Below are positions 57,154-64,000 of a stretch of 64,000 bases of DNA, in pieces (within the stretch, counting starts at the first letter, position 1; every line of letters begins with the position of its first letter). A program made the translations under genes and the position numbers. The notes beneath the pieces were generated by a model. That model did not search any database and was not told where the DNA came from. It saw only the letters and a program-made list of their open reading frames with translations. Source of the stretch: Candidatus Dojkabacteria bacterium (GTDB lineage Bacteria > Patescibacteriota > Dojkabacteria > GCA-002793355); assembly GCA_030583825.1 (NCBI GenBank), contig CP129477.1:843627-907626 (forward strand), written 5' to 3'.

Positions 57154-57531
57154 TCAGTCTTGTTTTGGAGTTGAAGGAGGTGGAACAACTTCGAGAAGGC
57201 TATTAAGAATTTCGGCAACCTCTTCGAGAGAGATAGTTTGGTTGTCCACAACACTAACAATAGGCGTGTTCAGATCGTGGTAAGAATATACGATAAGATA
57301 CGCGGATGCTGTGCCACCGTCTTCTGTGCGCGCACGCAAGATAATTTGTCCCCCGCCAAAAAGCTCGATAATTTCGATCTTAACGGTTAGACCCTGATAT
57401 TTGCGGACGAAAACCTTCCCCAGCCCATCCCAAACAGATTGAGGGCCAGCATAGAGGTTAATCTGTCCAAGGTTGATGGATATATCGCCGCAGGTGCGGA
57501 CAATTTTGTGACGAATTTGTTGTTCGTCCAT
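57154..57531 (-). CDS. small hypothetical protein (125 aa), paralog triad
   Basis: ORF. The C-terminus ISLEEVAEILNSLLEVV. It has RHKIVR and DISINLG segments. Confidence 0.3.
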   Translation of the reverse strand: MDEQQIRHKIVRTCGDISINLGQINLYAGPQSVWDGLGKVFVRKYQGLTVKIEIIELFGGGQIILRARTEDGGTASAYLIVYSYHDLNTPIVSVVDNQTISLEEVAEILNSLLEVVPPPSTPKQD

Positions 57532-57823
57532 GACGCAATTCCTTTCTTATAAAGTGCTTTCGATAGGCGTATTATACCATAAATAGTGTTGTTTTTCACT
57601 TCTCGTGTCTACGAAACCGGGACTCGGTCACCTCGCATTCTTACCATGCCTGATAGGTATGCTCCTCGACCCCATTCCACTCGCTGCGAACAGTAACTGT
57701 ACTGTTCTTGCTCGGGTTTCTCGTCCCGTAAACACAGTAATTTCTCAAAAAACTGCTCACTCTGCGCTTTTAGCATTTCGATGAAAATCCGTGAACGCTT
57801 GTAGTGAACAATTTTTTGAGAAA

Positions 57824-57905
57824 TGCCGAAGGAGGGACTCGAACCCTCACGCCTTTTGGGCAACGGATTTTAAGTCCGTCGTGTCTGCCATTCCACCACT
57901 TCGGC
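57824..57905 (-). tRNA. tRNA-Leu (anticodon UAA)
   Basis: The reverse complement GCCGAAG...CTTCGGC-A folds as a cloverleaf with anticodon stem-loop ACGGA-CUUAAAA-UCCGU (U33, UAA, A37), a long variable arm TGCCCAAAAGGCGTGAG, and a T arm GGGTTCGAGTCCC. 82 nt. Confidence 0.75.
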
Positions 57906-57976
57906 GCGGTGTTTGTTACATTTTACTTCAGACCCAGACTATAAATCGTGGGTTGTAAGTTTCGTTTCCGATAAGG

Positions 57977-59233
57977 TTACTTCCGATTTCGGAAATCAAT
58001 CTCGATTATATACGCATCTGCCGAGTCTGTATAGTCCGGATTGTGTTCTTTTGCCTGTGTAAACGCTTCTTTTGCTTGGTCGAATTTCTCTTGGTGGTAG
58101 TAGCATTGTCCAAGTTTGTAGTGAATATCGCCAATGATAATTTCGGTAAGGCCGCGCTGTTCGGTTTGTTCAAGTAATTGTGTGTAAAGCCCTACTGCGT
58201 CGTCATAAAGCTCAACATTGTAGTATAGCTCTGCGAAGAACATTTGTTGAATTGTATCCATCGTTCCGGTACTCTGTGACAAGGTTTGGTATAGTTCGTT
58301 CAATACGGCAACTGATTGCTCTTTTTGATCCAACGATTCAAGAAGAAATACATAATTCACCATGTCGAACGTGCGGACTTTGTATTCATCCCAAAGCTTT
58401 TTATAGATTGCTAAAGATTCCTGAGGTTTCTGGTTCACTCGGAGCAAATTTGCTTTTATGACTAAGATATCACGAGATCTAGTTTCATCTACTTTATTCT
58501 GCTCTGCTGCAGTTTCACAGGTTGTAACTGATTCTTCATTGTCGGTATTCTGATGCCCATCAATCTGACACTTATAATACCAGTATGACGAAGTTTCTCC
58601 ATTGTACTTTTTATACTTTTCTAATGCGTTTTCTGCGGCCCCATAGCCACTTTTTTGAATATAGTCCTGCACAAGGCGCTCATGGTTAATAAATCTTTCC
58701 AGAAAGTTAAACGGCCCAACATTGTAAAGGTAAATTGAAAATCCAATAATGCCAAGCATAGAAACGATGCTTAATCCACTCAACACTATTCCCAGTCGCG
58801 AAGATTTTTGTCTTCCTTTGACTGCTTCTAACGTTATGCCCGAAAACCATTCATTAAATGTAGGCTTTTTTATGAACATTGCGACTAGATTGTATGGTAA
58901 AGCAATAATATTCCACAGTGCTCCAATTGTGTTTCGTAGCAGTACTGTCCAAACAGTCACTTTCTCTAAAGGGGTGTAACGAAATCCCATTAAATATTCA
59001 CCGATTGTAGACTTCAAGAAAAACGGAATAAGTACGTAATTTACAAAGATAATAAGAAACAGTGAAATATACGTTACAACAATAGCTTTAAATACATCTG
59101 CTCTAAGGATGTCGTTAATAACAGATAGATCTTGCGTATAAATGTATAGTGCGGCAATTCCAGCAATCAGCAAAGAGGCAAGGAATGTGAGAAAAAAGAG
59201 GAAATCAATAGCTGCGGCAAATATTTTTTTCAT
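57977..59233 (-). CDS. membrane protein with C-terminal TPR-like repeats
   Basis: Four or five N-terminal TM helices, then repeats containing AELYYNVELYDDAVGLY and YKLGQCYYHQEKFDQAKEAFTQA. Confidence 0.45.
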   Translation of the reverse strand: MKKIFAAAIDFLFFLTFLASLLIAGIAALYIYTQDLSVINDILRADVFKAIVVTYISLFLIIFVNYVLIPFFLKSTIGEYLMGFRYTPLEKVTVWTVLLRNTIGALWNIIALPYNLVAMFIKKPTFNEWFSGITLEAVKGRQKSSRLGIVLSGLSIVSMLGIIGFSIYLYNVGPFNFLERFINHERLVQDYIQKSGYGAAENALEKYKKYNGETSSYWYYKCQIDGHQNTDNEESVTTCETAAEQNKVDETRSRDILVIKANLLRVNQKPQESLAIYKKLWDEYKVRTFDMVNYVFLLESLDQKEQSVAVLNELYQTLSQSTGTMDTIQQMFFAELYYNVELYDDAVGLYTQLLEQTEQRGLTEIIIGDIHYKLGQCYYHQEKFDQAKEAFTQAKEHNPDYTDSADAYIIEIDFRNRK

Positions 59234-59336
59234 TCAGGCGATTATAAACTAACGTACATTCAATTACGGAATGGTGGGCTAAAGGTAACGTTCCATTCAC
59301 AGCAATTATCACAGAAATTCGGGGAACGGGCAAGGC

Positions 59337-60107
59337 TTACTCTGCGCGTTTTTTCGGGTCGCCTTCAACAAGCGCTCTTAATTTTGATATGGTTGTATGA
59401 TAGCTATCAGTCTCTACAATTGTTAATTCTGGGATCGAAAGTAGGGGAAAATCATTGCCATACTGAGTAAATTCGTCTCCAGTATAGACGGTATCGTTAA
59501 TATTCAGCGAAAAATGGTCTAGGATACGCTGTAAGCCTGTACATTTGTTAACGCCTTTATGGCTTATATCGAGTGAAGACTTCCCTCCGTAGACGATAGA
59601 AAGCTCCTGAAACTTCTGTTCGATGAGTGATTTCAGTACTTTACGTTTTCTATAATCAGGATCCCACGCTGCTTTTTCTTCGCGAGGAGCATCAATACCT
59701 AGTACGGAATATGTAAGCAATGTTTCACGATCATCTAAGTATCGGCTAGTTGTTTTGCGTTTGGTAAGTGGATGAGTTTGTGCAAGATAGTCTATAAACT
59801 TTTTAATTTTCTGCCGTTCTTCTTGGGTGAACGCGTTGTGAGTCTCTGTTATCCATGTGTTATTTTCTTTGTAATGAACTTTTGTGCCGAGCGTTGCAGC
59901 GTATACAATACGATCCTGAGGTAAATGCTCAAGGTGAGGAATAACTTTTTCTTCAATTTGGTACAGTCCTGCGCTTGTAAGGATCGCAAAATACTTGTTT
60001 TGGCGAATGAGCCTTTCGATAAGCTGCTTTGATTCAAGCGGAAGATCCGCTTTACTGGGGGCAAGAGTGTTGTCGAGATCAAAAACAAAGAGCTTTTTAT
60101 CTTTCAT
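59337..60107 (-). CDS. HAD-IIB hydrolase, eukaryotic-type phosphomannomutase-like
   Basis: LFVFDLDNTLAP (HAD motif I, DxD). YGGKSSLDISHKGVNK (compare PMM GGxxSFDVFPxGWDK). TGDEFTQYGNDFPLL (compare PMM GDKTxxGGNDxE). Confidence 0.5.
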   Translation of the reverse strand: MKDKKLFVFDLDNTLAPSKADLPLESKQLIERLIRQNKYFAILTSAGLYQIEEKVIPHLEHLPQDRIVYAATLGTKVHYKENNTWITETHNAFTQEERQKIKKFIDYLAQTHPLTKRKTTSRYLDDRETLLTYSVLGIDAPREEKAAWDPDYRKRKVLKSLIEQKFQELSIVYGGKSSLDISHKGVNKCTGLQRILDHFSLNINDTVYTGDEFTQYGNDFPLLSIPELTIVETDSYHTTISKLRALVEGDPKKRAE

Positions 60108-60229
60108 TGCGGGAATTATAGCAAGTAATTGTGAAATGTTAACTTTAAGCTAAGGAAAATTTTGAATATAGAGAAAGCAGATCGCTGGGGTAAATATTGG
60201 TTATTGTTTTACCCCAGCGGGAGAGAGAC

Positions 60230-60496
60230 TTAGAGGAAAAAGCGAATATAAAATATGACCATTTCGGCCAATACAAATACCGGCAACGAGAGCACGAACG
60301 CAATTCTTAAATAAGTAGCGTTTTTCTCGAGACTTCTCGTATTTATTTGGGATAGCCGTAAATTTAACTGGACTAGTCCAGTTAGAAGGATTGCCTGGAT
60401 TGCGACGTTTCCTGTTATTTCAAACAGTCTCCAAACTTCCAGGTTAATGAGGAACAGTATCCCAAACAAATTAAGGTACAGGGAAAAATTGTACAT
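60230..60496 (-). CDS. small hypothetical membrane protein
   Basis: ORF with two hydrophobic helices. Confidence 0.25.
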   Translation of the reverse strand: MYNFSLYLNLFGILFLINLEVWRLFEITGNVAIQAILLTGLVQLNLRLSQINTRSLEKNATYLRIAFVLSLPVFVLAEMVIFYIRFFL

Positions 60497-60638
60497 CTTG
60501 TGGATCTTTCTAAGTGCTAACTAAGGTATTTTAACATATTATAGGATACTCGTCAATTTAAGAGATGCAAGAGAACAGCCATATTGGGGGCTTAACTAGC
60601 TTTGTACAATTCTTGTTATAATCTTTTACACAGCTAAA

Positions 60639-61481
60639 TTGAACCAGGTTTTTATGCAGATAAACGAAAATACTTTGCTTATTGGACGTTTTCACAAAAA
60701 AGTAAGTCCCAGAAGTTTGAATATTTATAATCCTGTGTTTGAAGAACTCGGGATCAATGCAGTTTACATGCTTTTTTATAACGAAGATCCTGCTGTATTG
60801 GTGAGTGGTCTGCGTACGTTAAAATTGTCTGGTGCAATTGTACCAGGATTTGAGTCAGATTCTTCTTTGCCTCCTTTGCTCGATTCACTATCGAATGTCG
60901 CAAACTTTGTAGGAAAAGTTGGTTTTATGTATCAACGTGATGGCATTGTTACAGGAGATTTACAAAGTGGAAAAGGGATTCTCCGTACAATTGAAAAAGT
61001 TTCATCTCTTGAAGGAAAAAAGCTTGTAATTGTTGGAGCTGGTAACGTCGTGAAAGCTTTATTATTTGAGATTCGCGAGAAAGGTATTGGCTGTGAGGTT
61101 TCAATTTTTAATCGTACATTAGGAAATGTGGAAGCATTGCAAGAAGAATTTCCGTTTATAAAAGCGCGCACATTAGACGAGTTAGAATCGGCAAATGGAG
61201 ATATTTTAGCGAATATTTCGGATATAGGTGGTTCTGCTGAAGATATTTATTTTACAGAGAAAGTTGTTGGCAATTTTTCAAATATTGTAGATATCACATT
61301 TGAGAGAGAAAATACGAATTTGGTTGAGCTTGGGCGTAAGCTCGGAAAAAATGTTTCTACCGGATGGGATATGTTCGCCTACCAAGGAATTGTGTGTTTA
61401 GAGGCAATTACTGGTGTGGAAATTCCATTTGATGTGATGAGAAAGCATGTACATGTAGGATTGAGTGAAACAGTGGTGTAA
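60639..61481 (+). CDS. aroE: shikimate dehydrogenase family protein (AroE-like)
   Basis: LIGRFHKKVSPRSLNIYNPVFEELGINAVYMLF (compare AroE GLIGxPIxHSLSPxIHNxAF...Y) and a Rossmann segment KKLVIVGAGNVVKALL. Confidence 0.5.
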   Translation: MNQVFMQINENTLLIGRFHKKVSPRSLNIYNPVFEELGINAVYMLFYNEDPAVLVSGLRTLKLSGAIVPGFESDSSLPPLLDSLSNVANFVGKVGFMYQRDGIVTGDLQSGKGILRTIEKVSSLEGKKLVIVGAGNVVKALLFEIREKGIGCEVSIFNRTLGNVEALQEEFPFIKARTLDELESANGDILANISDIGGSAEDIYFTEKVVGNFSNIVDITFERENTNLVELGRKLGKNVSTGWDMFAYQGIVCLEAITGVEIPFDVMRKHVHVGLSETVV

Positions 61482-61603
61482 GAGGTGACAGCGGGATACC
61501 CAGCTACGCTTCTCTCGCGAAGCTCGAGTGAGAACCATTCACTCTATGAAGGCATATTCACCGAAATATCACCTCGCTACGAGCTACTTTGCAGCTCCTA
61601 CCG

Positions 61604-61675
61604 AGGTGACAGCGGGAATCGAACCCGCGAATAGCAGTTTTGCAGACTGCCGCCTTACCACTTGGCCATGTCACC
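61604..61675 (-). tRNA. tRNA-Cys (anticodon GCA)
   Basis: Reverse complement: acceptor GGTGACA/TGTCACC, anticodon stem GCAGT/ACTGC with loop CUGCAAA (U33, GCA, A37), T arm GCGGG-TTCGATT-CCCGC, discriminator U (typical of tRNA-Cys). 72 nt. Confidence 0.8.
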
Positions 61676-61742
61676 GCTATGTGAATGATAACAAAACTAC
61701 GGTAGTTTTACCAATATATGTTGTATAAATATTTGAGGGGGC

Positions 61743-63029
61743 TTACTTCAAATGCAAATGAACACCATACAACAAACTCATTTGGCGGAGTGCTCGTGCA
61801 TCGCTTGATTCGAACATCAAATGCAACGGTGTTCGCAACTTGGACAAATAAACTAATGGTTCGAACTCATACCAGAACTCTTCCATTGTTTTATACGCAT
61901 CCATGCCGTAATTACATTCGAATCTGAATCCATTGGCCAGATAAAATGTTTCGCGCAAGGCTTTTTCGAGTGTTTCCAATGTCTTTGGATTTTTTGCATT
62001 GACAGACGCTGCTTCTAAAATAACTTCATCGCCGAATAAACAATCACGATCCAAAAACTTTTCTGCTGTGCCAAGAATTTTACTTGCGGTTTTTACTGTT
62101 GTGATTGGATACTGGCCGATTGCTGTTTCTTGTGCGAGCATAATTGCATCTGCTCTGTCGAATACGGCGTTTCCAACGTCCATAATTTCTGCTCGTGTTG
62201 GGAATCGGCTTTCGCGCATTGAATCTAAAATCTGTGTTGCGAGAATAACTGGTTTTCCGTACATTGCAGCTTTTAGTGAAAACTCTTTTTGTAAAATCAA
62301 AAGCTTTTCAAGCGGCAATTCAACAGCTAAATCTCCTCGCGGAATCATTAATCCGTCAACTACTTGTAAGATTTCGTCTAAGTTTCTGACACCTTCAATA
62401 TTTTCAACTTTTGCAATTAAAGAAATACGTGCGTTTCCAATAAACGAACGAACTGCTCGAATATCCTCCGCGGATGTTGTAAATGATACATTCAGAAAGT
62501 CAAAGCCAGCATCAACTGCATTTTGAATATTTATTCTATCTTTGGGAGTAATTGGATCAAACACTAGTTTTGTATCAGGCAAACTGACAGTTTTTCCTTT
62601 TTTAATCAGTCCAGACACTCGTGAAACTGCTGTAATATGCGTCGCACTAACTTCTTTTACCTTTAGCTGAATAATGCCATCATCAATCAGAATTTTATCT
62701 CCAACTTTTACATCCTGTTCAAATCGTGGATAGTCTAGCTCTAAAATGTCGTCTTTTGTAGCTTTTGATGAAAGTTTTACAATTTGCCCTTTCTTTACTG
62801 TAATTTCTGGGTTTTGCTTTGAAAGACGAATTTTGAAGCCGACGGTGTCGGCTGCCATTGCAATCTTAGGAGAAACTGTATGATAAAAGCCTTTTACTCG
62901 CTCCATTTCTGCCCTATCTGCGAACGATGCATTAATTCTCGCAATTGATGTTCCTTTTTCGATAACACGTTTTACCACTTCAGGATCCCAAGTCGAAGGG
63001 CCAATTGTCGTGAGAATTTTGGTATTCAT
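61743..63029 (-). CDS. pyk: pyruvate kinase (short form)
   Basis: N-terminus MNTKILTTIGPSTWDPEVVKRVIEKGTSIARINASF, with the MIPRGDLAVELP and FPTRAEIMDVGNAV motifs. 428 aa. Confidence 0.8.
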   Translation of the reverse strand: MNTKILTTIGPSTWDPEVVKRVIEKGTSIARINASFADRAEMERVKGFYHTVSPKIAMAADTVGFKIRLSKQNPEITVKKGQIVKLSSKATKDDILELDYPRFEQDVKVGDKILIDDGIIQLKVKEVSATHITAVSRVSGLIKKGKTVSLPDTKLVFDPITPKDRINIQNAVDAGFDFLNVSFTTSAEDIRAVRSFIGNARISLIAKVENIEGVRNLDEILQVVDGLMIPRGDLAVELPLEKLLILQKEFSLKAAMYGKPVILATQILDSMRESRFPTRAEIMDVGNAVFDRADAIMLAQETAIGQYPITTVKTASKILGTAEKFLDRDCLFGDEVILEAASVNAKNPKTLETLEKALRETFYLANGFRFECNYGMDAYKTMEEFWYEFEPLVYLSKLRTPLHLMFESSDARALRQMSLLYGVHLHLK

Positions 63030-63058
63030 ATGCAGGCAGTGGTAAAATTAATGTATCT

Positions 63059-63616
63059 ATGAAATTTCTTAAAATCATTATAGCATTTGCAGTCCTTTAT
63101 GTCTTTTTCGGAGTTATCGCCTTTCTCGTGATTGCAGGCTCATGGATGTCTACATTTTGGGCGAATTCTTACGCAAGACCAATTGCAACTATATATGTGT
63201 CGCAAGATGATTCTCGTTCTGTACAAGTAGTGACATTGCGAAATGGTTCTGCTCTTACTGCGATATTTACTCGTGACCTTGAACAAAATGGAACGGCAGC
63301 ACAAATTATTCCACTCTCTCTAGGAGAAAATGACAAAATATTTGTTCGTTTTGCCACTGTAGCACTCCATGAGTGGCTGTATCCGCTTGGATACACTCAT
63401 ATGTATAAATTACACGCAATTGCTTTGCCAGATGGCAGCATTCCTTACAAACGAGCTGATCAAATGCTTTCAACAATTGAACTTAACGGTAGCGTGTTTT
63501 CACGCTTCATTTCAAATATCACAATTGAATCCATAGAAATTCCTGTTTCCGAATCAGGAGCAACATACGATATAATGCTTACAGAGAACGGACTTAGTTT
63601 AGAAAAAAGAGAATGA
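63059..63616 (+). CDS. hypothetical membrane-anchored protein
   Basis: N-terminal TM IIAFAVLYVFFGVIAFLVIAG followed by a soluble domain with no motif. Confidence 0.3.
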   Translation: MKFLKIIIAFAVLYVFFGVIAFLVIAGSWMSTFWANSYARPIATIYVSQDDSRSVQVVTLRNGSALTAIFTRDLEQNGTAAQIIPLSLGENDKIFVRFATVALHEWLYPLGYTHMYKLHAIALPDGSIPYKRADQMLSTIELNGSVFSRFISNITIESIEIPVSESGATYDIMLTENGLSLEKRE

Positions 63617-64000
63617 AGCCTGGAATTTTTACTACAACAATTGGGATTGTCTCGCTTATCGCTGTGAATTATATGACTCAGTTTTTTGAGTTTTCAAAGT
63701 CACTTCAATTTGTTATTCTCTTTTTGGTTATTTACTCTATTGGAAACGTCATCGTTCCGCGCATTCGAAAGTTTTTCCTTCTTCCAAACGTATATTGGGC
63801 AGATTTATTCATTCATGCTGTGATTAATGCGCTAGTATTTTATTTTGCGCATACGTTGTGGGGAGGAATTACGGTACTTCCGGTAAACCTAAGCGAAATG
63901 ACATTTGGAGTACTCAGTGTAAACGAGATTTCACTGGATATTCTTGGTACAATACTCTACGGTGCAATTGCAGTCGCCGCATTGTATGAATTTATTTTAT
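63613..64000 (+). CDS. hypothetical polytopic membrane protein (3' end truncated by the window edge)
   Basis: ATG at 63613 overlaps the upstream stop. It has several hydrophobic helices and there is no stop codon before the end of the window. Confidence 0.3.
   Translation, partial: MKPGIFTTTIGIVSLIAVNYMTQFFEFSKSLQFVILFLVIYSIGNVIVPRIRKFFLLPNVYWADLFIHAVINALVFYFAHTLWGGITVLPVNLSEMTFGVLSVNEISLDILGTILYGAIAVAALYEFIL

Noticed and set aside
57609-57863. 84-aa ORF on the minus strand.
   Set aside because: It overlaps the tRNA-Leu gene (57824-57905) on the same strand and has no RBS or homology. Treated as spurious.
61528-61728. 66-aa plus-strand ORF.
   Set aside because: It lies antisense across tRNA-Cys (61604-61675). 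Treated as spurious.
1-64000. CRISPR arrays, integrases, transposases, phage structural genes and rRNA operons.
   Set aside because: I looked for short direct repeats with regular spacing and for recombinase or transposase motifs in all listed ORFs, and found none. The tRNA-adjacent hypothetical genes carry no integrase.

Overview
This 64 kb window is a gene-dense, low-GC stretch of bacterial chromosome with about 60 protein-coding genes, three tRNA genes (all on the minus strand) and no rRNA, CRISPR array, integrase or transposase. My guess is a reduced-genome lineage (Patescibacteria/CPR-like). The basis is a short GyrB and ValRS, a pilus cluster with no secretin or PilMNO, and sparse metabolism, so confidence is low. 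Housekeeping genes I recognise are gyrB, hisS, valS, glyA-folD, ppa, pyk, an aroE-like gene, rsmI, rsmD, uppP, murG, a Mur ligase, clpC, a holB-like gene and a pyrH-like kinase.

The accessory content is:
- A MoxR-DUF58-DUF4381-VWA-VWA/TPR (Bat-like) operon with overlapping reading frames, at 2302-7266.
- A complete Gram-positive-style type IV pilus module (pilB, pilT, pilC, a major pilin, pilD), at 39162-45426, with three convergent minor pilins at 45396-47209.
- Next to the minor pilins, LemA and an unusual membrane-anchored Hsp100/Clp ATPase, at 47218-50473.

The strongest candidates for a novel system are:
- A translationally coupled pair at 25138-27547: a 535-aa protein with an adenylate/NMP-kinase-like core embedded in long extensions, then a 272-aa unknown protein.
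- A tRNA-adjacent hypothetical operon at 11901-13339: a 362-aa protein followed 2 nt later by a very acidic 115-aa protein.
- A tandem triad of small paralogous proteins at 56052-57531, next to tRNA-Leu.
- An ATP-grasp-like gene with an N-terminal ExN motif next to an SxxK/SxN/KTG peptidase, at 15002-16965.

Every call comes from reading the translated ORFs and the raw sequence by eye. No database search was run.
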